A stretch of DNA of 64,000 nt from an uncultured Gammaproteobacteria bacterium (GTDB taxonomy: Bacteria > Pseudomonadota > Gammaproteobacteria > Steroidobacterales > Steroidobacteraceae). Of the stretch, positions 23,038-32,221 are shown piece after piece. Under the pieces are notes generated by a model. The model was given only the letters and a program-made list of their open reading frames with translations. It had not been told where the DNA came from and ran no database searches. A program made the translations under genes and the position numbers. The DNA lies in contig CAVVDL010000010.1 in assembly GCA_963747035.1 (NCBI GenBank), positions 1,851 through 65,850 on the forward strand, written 5' to 3'. Within the stretch, counting starts at the first letter, position 1. Each line of letters begins with the position of its first letter.

Positions 23038-23195
23038 GGTCGAAAGGATGGGCCTGCCACATTGCAGTTCGATGAAAGTTCGATGAACTTACGATGTTAG
23101 ATCAATGGGTTATGTCACTAACCGAAGGCGTAACGTGAAATTCTGCGGGCCAGTTCCGATAGAGTTGCGAACAACATGGTCGCTTTAGCCAAGCC

Positions 23196-24361
23196 GTGAG
23201 CTCTGACAAGGCTGCAAAGCCGGCGCCCGCGCCCGGCGTCGGGGCGACGCCGTTTCGCTTCTACGACAACCGCCAGAAATACCTCGCATTCGTCAACACC
23301 TGCAACGAGAAGTCCGTGGTCGCGCAACGGGCCGCGACCGAGCTCAGGCATGTGCGGCCGACGCCCCCGCGCTTCGCGTCTTCGATGCCGGCATGGGCGA
23401 CGCGACGGCACTCGCGCGCATCATGCGCCATGCGCACGCGCTGTTCCCGACCGTGCCGCTCATGGTCGTCGCCAAGGAAATCAGCCTCGAGGACGTCCGA
23501 CTCGGCCTCGAGAAAATGCCGGACCGCTTCCTCGAGCACCCGGCGACGGTGCTCGTGATCACGAACCTGCATTATTCCGAGGCGCCGCGGCTGATGGCGC
23601 GCGACATTCAATCGCCCGACGCGCTCAATTGGCACGAAGTCCGGCTCAAGGGCCAGACCTCCACTGAATATGCCGAGCAGATCGAGGAGCTCGCGGCGAC
23701 GCTGGCCTTTGGCTGGCAGACGAAGCCGAGCGCGAAGACCGGCAATCCCGTCTACGTCCGCGCCTCCGTCCTCGTCGTCTACCGCGAGGACCACGAGTTC
23801 ATGCTCGACCGCGTGATTCCGAAGCCGGGGCAGGCGTTCGAATCCTACGATCTGATCCTCGCGTCGCAGCCCTGGCGGGCGCGCATGTCGGCGAAATTCA
23901 AGGCGGAGAAGGTGCTCGCGCCGCTCTCCCGGAGCCTCGCGCCGAACGGCCGGCTGCTCGTGGTCCAGTCCTACGGCCACGATCCCTCGCTCGAGATCGT
24001 CCAGAAGCTCTGGCCTGATGAGAACCCGTTCCAGGTGGATCGCCGGCAGTTGCTTGCGGCGCTCAAGGCGGAGCTCGGCCCCGAGGCGGGCGATTTCTCG
24101 CTCGCGGTGCCGGCCGACGACAAGTCGATCTTTCGCTACGAGATGCACACGCTGCCGACCGAGATCGGAGATCGCATCGGCACCTCGACGCTGTTCGCTG
24201 CCTGGAACGCGGCAATCTACGTCAACCAGATCGAGGAGGAGCGCCTTGACGAGGTCGTCACGAACGGCGCGTACCGGGACGCCACGCAGTCCGTGCTGCA
24301 GAAACATGGCGGCCTCTGGTTCAACGACGAGTCCTTTGTCGTGACGCGGCGGCAGAAATAA
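23196..24361 (+). pseudogene. hypothetical protein with a class-I SAM-methyltransferase-like fold (one frame break near 23360)
   Basis: The first ~55 aa are in ORF 23196..23558 and the rest is ORF 23393..24361. The motif-I-like RVFDAGMGDATAL and the later ..DLILASQ.. and ..LAPNGRLLVVQS resemble Rossmann methyltransferase motifs. The family call is tentative. Confidence 0.5.
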
Positions 24362-25287
24362 TGGCCGGCGAATCCGCGGCCGACGGCGGCGCCGACGTGA
24401 AGGCCCGGATCGCCGCCTTTGCGGGGCGGGCATCGCTCGAGATCACTGCGAACGACCGCGACCTGGCCGCCTCGCTCACGGGCCGCCTGCCGGCCGGCAG
24501 CACGCTTTATGTCGCGCACACGCCGAACGCGAAGCTCGCGGATGTCGCCGAGACCGCCTGTGCCGTCGAGCGCGCCGGATTTCGCGGCTGCCCGCATGTC
24601 GTCGCGCGGCGGATCGCCTCGCGCGCCGAGCTCGACTCCGCGCTCGCGCGACTGAAGGAGGGCGGCGTCACCCGCGTGCTGCTCGTCGCCGGCGACCAGA
24701 CGCCGCCCGCGGGCGAATTCTCGAGCACGCTCGAGATTCTCGACTCGGGCGCACTCGACGCGGCGGGCATCGAGTCGATCGGCGTCGCGGGCCACCCGGA
24801 AGGCAATCCGAACATCCCGTCGGCCGCGCTCTGGAACGCGCTCGCGCGCAAGCAGGCGTATGCGGCGCAAACCGGCACGCGCGTGCACATCGTGAGCCAG
24901 TTCGGCTTCGAGCCGGCGGCCCTCGTCGCCTGGGACCACGAACTCGCGAGCCACGGCATCGGCCTGCCGGTTCACGTCGGCGTCGCGGGCCCAGCCTCGC
25001 TCAAGGCGCTCGCGAAGTTCGCGATGATGTGCGGCCTCGGCGCGTCGCTCGGCGCGCTGTTTTCGAACCCCACTGCGCTCGGCAGCCTCAAGAGTCTCGT
25101 CAAGACGGTGGACGAGATCTTTCCGGCCATCGTGCGCCTGCGCGAGGGCGCGCTGGCGCGGCGCCTGGTGCAGCCGCATTTTTTCGCATTCGGCGGCGTG
25201 CTGAAAACCGTGGAATGGCTCGAGGCCGTCCGTGCCGGACGCTTCGACGTGGACGCGGCCACGGGTGCGCTCACCATCCGGGCATGA
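24361..25287 (+). CDS. methylenetetrahydrofolate reductase (MetF)-family protein
   Basis: 308-aa intact ORF whose ATG overlaps the upstream stop (TAATG). ..VAHTPNAKL..RVLLVAGDQ..IGVAGHPEG..IVSQFGFE.. resembles the MTHFR TIM-barrel pattern. Confidence 0.6.
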   Translation: MAGESAADGGADVKARIAAFAGRASLEITANDRDLAASLTGRLPAGSTLYVAHTPNAKLADVAETACAVERAGFRGCPHVVARRIASRAELDSALARLKEGGVTRVLLVAGDQTPPAGEFSSTLEILDSGALDAAGIESIGVAGHPEGNPNIPSAALWNALARKQAYAAQTGTRVHIVSQFGFEPAALVAWDHELASHGIGLPVHVGVAGPASLKALAKFAMMCGLGASLGALFSNPTALGSLKSLVKTVDEIFPAIVRLREGALARRLVQPHFFAFGGVLKTVEWLEAVRAGRFDVDAATGALTIRA

Positions 25288-26157
25288 ATGAGCCGATTGC
25301 GGTGAGCGGCCTGCTTTCCACGTCGCAGCTCGCGCAATACCGGCGCGACGGGTTTCTCGTGCTGCCCGGATTCGTGCCGGCGGAGCGCTGCCTCGCGCTT
25401 CGCGAACGCGCCATCGCGCTTGCGCGCCAGCACGTCCCGCCGCCGGGCCAGGCGACCGTGTTCACCGCGGACGGCCGCGCGCTCCATGCCGCCGAGCAGT
25501 ATTTCCTGACGAGCGGCGAGGCGATCCGCGGATTTTTCGAGAGCGGCGCTTTCGACGCCGGCGGGCGCCTCAGGGCCGACGCCCACCTCGCCCTCAACAA
25601 GCTCGGCCATGCGATGCACGACCTCGATCCGGTGTTCGACGCCTTCAGCCGCACGCCGGCGCTCGCGGCGATCGCGGCCGACATCGGCCTGCGGCGCGCC
25701 GCTCCTGCTGCAGTCGATGTACATCTTCAAGCAGGCGCGGATCGGCGGCGAGGTCGTGTGCCACACGGATCACACCTACCTCTGGACCGAGCCGCAGAGC
25801 GTCGTCGGCTTCTGGTTCGCGATCGACGACGCGACGACCGAGAACGGCTGCATGTGGGCGCTGCCCGGCGGCCATCGGCTGCCGGTCAAGGCGCGCTCGA
25901 AGCTGAATGCGGCGCGCACGGCGACGGAACTGGAGGTCTTCGACGCCGAGCCGTATCCGACGGACGGCCTCGTGCCGCTCGAGGCCGCGCGCGGCACGCT
26001 CGTGCTGCTCGATGGCGCGCTGCCGCACCGCTCAGGCCCGAACCTGAGCGACAAGCCGCGACACGCCTATACGCTGCACGCGATCGACGGCAGCGCGAAG
26101 TACCTGGACGACAACTGGTTGCAGCGGCCGCACCTGCCGCTCCGGGGATTTGCCTAG
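25284..26157 (+). pseudogene. phytanoyl-CoA dioxygenase (PhyH)-family Fe(II)/2-oxoglutarate oxygenase (one frame break near 25698)
   Basis: The ATG overlaps the upstream TGA (ATGA). The N-terminal half is in the ORF 25029 frame (LAQYRRDGFLVLPGFV). The C-terminal half is ORF 25609..26157 (..VCHTDHTYLWTEP..FWFAIDDATTENGCMW..LPHRSGPN..). Confidence 0.75.
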
Positions 26158-26176
26158 CCCGGCGATTCGGCGCCGT

Positions 26177-26626
26177 TCAGGCGCCTGCGCGTCGTTCGAG
26201 CAAGTGGTCGAGCGAAACGCGCCCGGCTCCCGCGATGGCGAGCCAGAGGAACAGGGCGAGGTACATCACTTCGTCGAGGCCGAGGAGCGACTGCAGCGAA
26301 TCGACTTCCTCCCACTGCGCGGACTTGACGGCGACGATCATGACGACGCCGAGCGCGCCCGCCGAAATCCGCGTCATGAGCCCGAGCACGAGGAGAATGC
26401 CGCCGAAGAACTCGACGCCCGAGACGAAAGGCGCGAGCAGCTGGGGCGCGGGGATGCCCCAGTTCACGAAATTCTCGGTGACGAGCGGCAGGTGCGTGAG
26501 CTTGCCCCAGCCGGTCCACAGGAACACCCAGCCGGTCACGATGCGGGCGAAGAGCGGCCCGAGCCACACGAGGTGGCGCGCCACGCTGCGCGGCCATTCG
26601 ATCAACGCATTGACGAGAAAACTCAT
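26177..26626 (-). CDS. DoxX-family membrane protein
   Basis: 149-aa intact ORF with four hydrophobic segments. ARIVTGWVFLWTGWGKL and FFGGILLVLGLMTR are DoxX-like. Confidence 0.8.
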   Translation of the reverse strand: MSFLVNALIEWPRSVARHLVWLGPLFARIVTGWVFLWTGWGKLTHLPLVTENFVNWGIPAPQLLAPFVSGVEFFGGILLVLGLMTRISAGALGVVMIVAVKSAQWEEVDSLQSLLGLDEVMYLALFLWLAIAGAGRVSLDHLLERRAGA

Positions 26627-26685
26627 GACACCCCCCTGATGGATGCCAGTAGACCGGGCAGGTCATGAGAATGTGACAGCCGCCC

Positions 26686-26719
26686 GGGGTGGCGCAAGCG
26701 AAAACGCCTGCGCCACCCC
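26686..26719 (-). terminator. GC-rich hairpin between the di-heme gene and doxX (weak terminator/processing-site candidate)
   Basis: GGGGTGGCGCA / TGCGCCACCCC form an 11-bp perfect stem with a 12-nt loop, 12 nt after the di-heme gene stop. No U-tract follows on the minus strand. Confidence 0.3.
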
Positions 26720-26730
26720 GACGCCCCTCG

Positions 26731-28089
26731 TCAGAGCGAATCCAGGAACTCGAGCATCAAGGCCTGGTCCTGCGCCGTCAGCGCCTTGAAGGCCGCCGTC
26801 ACCGGCGCGGCCTGCCCGCCATGGCGCTCGATCGCTTCCTCCTTGGTCGAGGAGAGGCCGTCGTGCATCAGGCGGTTGCGCGTGCGCAGGGCCCAGAGCG
26901 GCGCGGTCTTGATCTGGCTCGCGGTCGCCGCGAATTCCGGCGTCGGCAGGAACGGGATGCCATCGCCCGTCCCGACGTCGTGCATCAGGAAGTCGCTGTA
27001 CGGGTGGATCACCTTGTTCCCGAGCGCTTTCGCGACCCGGAGTGCGTTGCCATTGATGGGCGTGCCGGGCGGCGCCGTCGTGATCGACGGCACGTGGCAG
27101 TTCGCGCAACCGATGCGCGAGAAGACCTGCTCGCCCGCGCGCACGTTCGCGGTGATCGGGCCGCGCGAGGGCGCCTTCGTCGCGCGCATGAAGTCCGCGA
27201 ACGCGACGACATCGACGCCGTCGTCTTCGGGATCGGCCACCCGGTCGTAGGCCGTGCCGAAGCCGATGTATTCATCGGCCGACTGGTTCTCCTCCGGGAA
27301 CAGCGGCGTCGTGATGCCCATCTCGTTGAGGTAGGCGTCCGCGGCGAAGGACTCGAGGCTCGCGTGCTGCGCCTTCCAGCCGAAGCGCCCGATGCGCGCG
27401 AAACTGCCGGCCTCGAGCACGGGCACCTCGAGCGCCGTGCCGCGAAGCGCCGCGGGCTGGCGGTCGCGGATCGCGAGCAGGGTGCTGTTCGCGATCGCCT
27501 CCACGTAGCCGGCGCCGAGCGTGTTGGTCGAAATGCGGAACGTGCGGACGGTGTCCTCGAACGCGACGCGCTCGACGATGTCCTGGTGCGTGGCGCGGCT
27601 CTGGATCAGCGAGCCGCCGAGCGACTCGAAGAACACCTGGCCGTCCATGCGCCCGGTGCGGTGCTCCGCGATCTGGCTCGCGCCGCCCGTCACGACGTTC
27701 TGGTGGCATTCGCGGCAGCTTTGGGCGTTGTAGGTCGGGCCGAGCCCGTCCGCGATCAGCTCGACTTCCTCGAAGATGAAGCGGTTGTCGTTGAACGAGC
27801 GCCGCGGCACGACCGTGTCTTCATCGAGGGATTCGTAGGGCGGCCCTTGCGGCGAGAATCCGTTGGTCCTGTTGTCGAAGCCGGTCAGCGCCTCGGAGAC
27901 GCCGGGAAAAAATGAAGAGAATGATTCCGTGCCGGGCGCGCGTTGCGACAGCGCCGGCGCCGCTTCGGGAAGAGCCGTGCCGCGCGTGCGGAATCGCTCC
28001 ATGCGCGCGGAATCGGCCAGGAGTCCCGCGGGAAATGCGAGTGCGGCGATGACGGCGCTCGTGACGAGCGGCGAGTGGTTGCGTTCCAT
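26731..28089 (-). CDS. di-heme oxidoreductase-family protein (DUF1111, putative peroxidase/thiol oxidoreductase)
   Basis: Internal ATG (M24 of ORF 26731..28158) preceded by GGAAGGGGGG. It has a signal peptide, two CxxCH haem motifs (CRECH, CANCH) and GLGPTYNAQSC typical of DUF1111. The ORF is intact. Confidence 0.8.
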   Translation of the reverse strand: MERNHSPLVTSAVIAALAFPAGLLADSARMERFRTRGTALPEAAPALSQRAPGTESFSSFFPGVSEALTGFDNRTNGFSPQGPPYESLDEDTVVPRRSFNDNRFIFEEVELIADGLGPTYNAQSCRECHQNVVTGGASQIAEHRTGRMDGQVFFESLGGSLIQSRATHQDIVERVAFEDTVRTFRISTNTLGAGYVEAIANSTLLAIRDRQPAALRGTALEVPVLEAGSFARIGRFGWKAQHASLESFAADAYLNEMGITTPLFPEENQSADEYIGFGTAYDRVADPEDDGVDVVAFADFMRATKAPSRGPITANVRAGEQVFSRIGCANCHVPSITTAPPGTPINGNALRVAKALGNKVIHPYSDFLMHDVGTGDGIPFLPTPEFAATASQIKTAPLWALRTRNRLMHDGLSSTKEEAIERHGGQAAPVTAAFKALTAQDQALMLEFLDSL

Positions 28090-28220
28090 GAGGCCCCCCT
28101 TCCATAGGTGACTGCGAATGCGATGCGAGGAACACCACTCCCTGTGTTCCGCGTGCATGACATTCCGGGCGCGCGAGGCCTACAAGGCCTGAGACGTCGG
28201 TGATCGGAGACGAAGTCGCT

Positions 28221-29225
28221 TCAGGCGGGAGACATAATGCGATCGACGATCGCCGCGACGCCGTGCCGGATGGGATCGCAGCAGGGCAATGACACGCGCT
28301 TCGAAACGTCGGCCGTCGCGCGCGCGGCGGCCGTCTCGTCGAGCTGCGAGGTGTTGAGGCTGACGCCCACGAATCGCGCCGCGGGATTCGTCAGGCGCGC
28401 CGCGGCGAGGTAGGCCTCGAAGCAGGCTTCGTAGGAAGGGATCGCAAAGCCCTCGTAGTCGGCGATGCCGGTGCGCGCAACGTCGTGGCAGAGCACCATC
28501 GCATCGGGCTGGCTGCCGTGGATGAGCCCGAGCGTCACGCCGGCGTAGGCCGGATGAAACAGCGAGCCCTGGCCCTCGATCACGTCCCAGTGTTGCGGTG
28601 CAGCAGGCGGGGAGAGCCATTCGGCCGCGCCCGAGACGAAATCGGAGACGACGGAATCCACGGCGATGCCGCGGCCCGAGATGAAGATGCCGGTCTGGCC
28701 GGTGGCGCGGAAATCGGCATCCACGCCGCGCGCGCGCAATTCCTTCTCGATCGCGAGCGCCGTGTATTTCTTCCCGACCGCGCAATCGGTGCCGACCGTG
28801 AGCAGGCGCTTGCCGCTGCGCTTCTGCCCGGTGCCGGGCATGAACGACTCGGCGGGCTGGCGCACCTCGATGAGCTGCCTGCCCGTGCGCCGTGCCGCTG
28901 CGGCAAGCTCCGGCACGCCCGCAAGCGGCTCGTGCAGGCCCGAAGCGACGTCAAGGCCGGCCTCGAGCGCGTCGACGATCGTCGTGACCCACTGCGGCGC
29001 GATGAAACCGCCGTCGTTCGCGATGCCGATGATGAGCGTCTTGATGCCGCGGCCGGCCGCTTCGCGCGGCGTGAGGTCCGGGAGCCCGAGGTCCACGCGG
29101 CATCCGGGCAGGCGCAGTTGCCCCGCGCACAGCTCGCCGCGCCACTGGCGGATGCCGGCTGCGGTCTTTGCCGTCGCGATGTCCGGCGCATCGCCGAGGA
29201 AGAGGAGATAGGGGCTCTGGATCAT
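28221..29225 (-). CDS. DUF1611-family protein (DgcN-like putative N-acetyltransferase), copy 2, intact
   Basis: Starts at the internal ATG (M32 of ORF 28221..29318): MIQSPYLLFLGD..IGIANDGG..LEAGLDVASGLH..GKRLLTVGTDCAVGKKYTA..FRATGQTGI..WDVIEGQGSLFHPAYAGV. Confidence 0.8.
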   Translation of the reverse strand: MIQSPYLLFLGDAPDIATAKTAAGIRQWRGELCAGQLRLPGCRVDLGLPDLTPREAAGRGIKTLIIGIANDGGFIAPQWVTTIVDALEAGLDVASGLHEPLAGVPELAAAARRTGRQLIEVRQPAESFMPGTGQKRSGKRLLTVGTDCAVGKKYTALAIEKELRARGVDADFRATGQTGIFISGRGIAVDSVVSDFVSGAAEWLSPPAAPQHWDVIEGQGSLFHPAYAGVTLGLIHGSQPDAMVLCHDVARTGIADYEGFAIPSYEACFEAYLAAARLTNPAARFVGVSLNTSQLDETAAARATADVSKRVSLPCCDPIRHGVAAIVDRIMSPA

Positions 29226-29292
29226 GGATTGCCGTTGCTTAGGCCTAACAGTTTGAATCAAAATCAGAATCTTGTCCCACCCGAGAATCCAG

Positions 29293-30709
29293 ATGACTCC
29301 CAGCGCGACCCGCTTCATCGCCTTCGCGGCGCTTGCCCTCGCGTCCTGCGATCGGCCTCGCAGCCGAGGATCCGGCCGACCGCGCGATTGCCGGGGTCAT
29401 CAACGGATTCGTCAAGCCGAACGAACCGGGCTGCACGGTCGGCGTCGCTGCAGGGCGGCGCGCTGACGCATGCGAGTCGCGTTTGGCCTCGCCGACCTCG
29501 CGCGCGGAAAACCGCTCGACACGCACTCGGCCTTCAACCTGGCCTCGGTCTCGAAGCAGTTCACGGCCTTCGCGCTCCTGCTGCTCGAGCAGGAGGGCAA
29601 GCTGAAACTCGACGATCCGGTCGTGAAATTCCTGCCGGAGCTGTCGGCGAGCGCGCAGGGCGTGACGCTTCGCCACCTCATGCATCACACGGGCGGCCTG
29701 CGCGACTACATCGAGCTCCTGACGATGAAGGAGCGCGGCGACGCCGACGGCGCGACGATCAACGAGGCGGTGCTCGCGCTCGCCCGGCAGACGAAGCCGA
29801 ACGAGGCGCCGGGCGTCGAGTTCGACTACAGCAACACCGGCTACTTCCTGCTCGGCGTCGTGGTTGCGCGCGTCAGCGGCGAGTCGCTGGCCGAGTTTTC
29901 GCGGCAGCGGATCTTCGGGCCGCTCGGCATGAAGAACACGAGCATCGTCGACCGCTACCCGGACGGCATCGCGGCGCTCGCGCGCGGCTACCGGAAGGAA
30001 GGGACGGGCTTCGTCATCGACGAGACGGGCTGGGAGCAGGTCGGCGACGGCCAGGTGCACAGCGACATCCACGACCTCGCGCTCTGGGACGAGAATTTCT
30101 ACACCGCAAGCTCGGCGGCCGCGCGCTCGTCGACCGGATGTACGAGGTCGGGTACCTCAATTCGGGCGAGTCCACGGAGTACGCGGCCGGGCTCAACGTC
30201 AGCCGAGTCGCGCGGGCTCACCTGGGTCACGCACGGCGGGTCCTGGGTCGGCTACCGCTCGAACATCACGCGCGTCCCCGCCGAGCACTTCTCGGTGATC
30301 GTGCTCTGCAACCGCGAGGACGCGGACACGGGAGCGCTCGCGAACTCGGTCGCGGAGATCTTCCTCAAGGACAAGCTCGGCCCGCCCGAGCCCGAGGAAG
30401 AAGAGGCGGAGACGAAGCCGGTCGTCGCCGAATGGCAGCCGAAGGACCTCTCGCGCTATGCCGGCGCCTATTTCAGCGAAGAAGCCAACGCGCGCTGCGT
30501 GATCGACGAGCGCGGCGGGAAGCTCGTGCTCGAGACCTGCGCCGGCCGGCGAGCTCCTGAAGCCCCGGCAAGCCGGCGAATTCGTCACCGGCGGCGGCGC
30601 TCAGCCTGCAGTTCGCCGCTCGGCGGCGGACGACACCGACGGGTTCATCTACTGGTCGCCGGGCCTGCGCGGCCTGCCGTTCAAGAAGCTCAAGGAGTCA
30701 TTCGAGTGA
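29293..30709 (+). pseudogene. secreted/lipoprotein serine hydrolase, beta-lactamase fold (at least 5 frame breaks)
   Basis: MTPSATRFIAFAALALASC is a lipobox-like signal. The core is ORF 29470 (SxxK SVSK; YSN; HHTGGL). The pieces LGGRALVDRMYEVGYLNSGESTEYAAGLNVS and the tail ..GFIYWSPGLRGLPFKKLKESFE* are in other frames. Breaks lie near 29360, 29445, 29468, 30105, 30200 and 30545. Confidence 0.7.
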
Positions 30710-32221
30710 TGCATTCAAGATTCGGCCGCGGCGCCGCGCTCGGGGCGGCACTTTTCCTCGGACTCACCGCCTGCGTCGGCGCAGGGGCCGAGACGACGCT
30801 GATCGTCAATGCCTCGATCGTGGACGGCACGGGAAGCCCCGCGCGCGGCGGGCGCGGTGCGCATCGACGGCGACCGGATCGCCGAGGTCGGAGCGCTCTC
30901 GCCGAAGAACGGCGAACGCGTCGTGGATGCGAAGGGGCGGACGCTCTCGCCCGGCTTCATCGACGTGCACAGCCACCACGAGGACGGCCTGTTCGAGATG
31001 CGGGACGCCGCGCCGGTCGTGAGCCAGGGCGTGACGACGATCATCGCCGGCCAGGACGGGTCCGAGACCTATCCCATCCCGGAGCTCTTCGAGCGGATGG
31101 AAAAGACGCCGCCGGCGATCAACGTCGCGGCCTACGTCGGCCACGGCAACATCCGCAGCGCCGTCATGGGCAAGGACGGCTTCCGGCGTCATGCGACGCC
31201 GGAGGAAATCGAGAAGATGCGCAAGCTCGTCGAGGCGGAAATGCAGGCCGGCGCGCTCGGGCTCTCCACCGGCCTCGAGTACGACCCGGGCATCTACTCG
31301 GCGCCCGAGGAGATCGTCGAGCTCGCGAAGGTGGCGCAGCGCTACAACGGGCGCTACATCAGCCACATCCGCAGCGAAGACGTCTATTTCTGGAAGGCGA
31401 TCGACGAGATCGTGAACATCGGCCGCGAGGCGAAGCTCCCGGTCGAAGTGACGCACATGAAGCTCGCCATGAAGGACTGGTGGGGCCAGTCGGCGAAGCT
31501 GCTCGGCATTCTGAACGCGGCGCGCGCGGAGGGCATCGACGTCACGGCCGACGTCTACCCGTATGACGCCTGGCACTCGGACCTCACCGTCCTGTTCCCC
31601 GACCGCCAGTTCAACCTGGAGAAGGCGCAGTTCGCGCTCGACCACGTTTCGCCGCCGGACGGCATCATCCTTTCGAATTTCAGCCCGGAACCCGCGCTCG
31701 TCGGCAAGACGCTTGCCGAGATTGCGGCGGCGAGGGGCAAGAGTCCGGCACAGACGCTGCTCGACCTGATCGCGCAATCGAGCGGGCCCGACGACGAGCA
31801 ATCGATCATCGGCCGGAGCATGGTCGACCCGGACATCGATGCGCTCCTCACCTGGCCGTATTCCGCGATCTGTTCCGACGGCTCGCTGGAGAGCCTGCAT
31901 CCGCGGGGTCGCGGCGCGTTTCCGAAAGTGCTGCGGGTCTACGTGCGCGAGAAGAAGCTCCTGACGCTGGAGGAGGCGGTCCGCAAGATGACGGGCCTCG
32001 CCGCCGCGAATGTCGGCATCAAGGACCGCGGCGTGATCAGGCCCGGCGCATTCGCGGACCTCGTGCTCTTCGATCCTGCGACTGTCGCCGACCGTTCCAC
32101 CTGGCAGGACCCGACCGCACTTGCAACCGGTATCGACGAGGTATGGGTCAACGGCACCACCGTCTGGATGGACGGGCACGTGACCGGCGCCTATCCCGGC
32201 AAGGGCATTCACCGGCCATGA
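30709..32221 (+). pseudogene. N-acyl-D-amino-acid deacylase (D-aminoacylase) family amidohydrolase, secreted (one frame break at about 30850)
   Basis: The ATG overlaps the upstream stop (TGATG at 30707-30711). The signal peptide MHSRFGRGAALGAALFLGLTACVGAGA is in one frame. The rest is ORF 30809..32221 (GFIDVHSHHE, STGLEYDPG, ISHIRSE, VTADVYPY, SDG). Removing one G from GGG 30850-30852 joins the frames. Confidence 0.8.
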
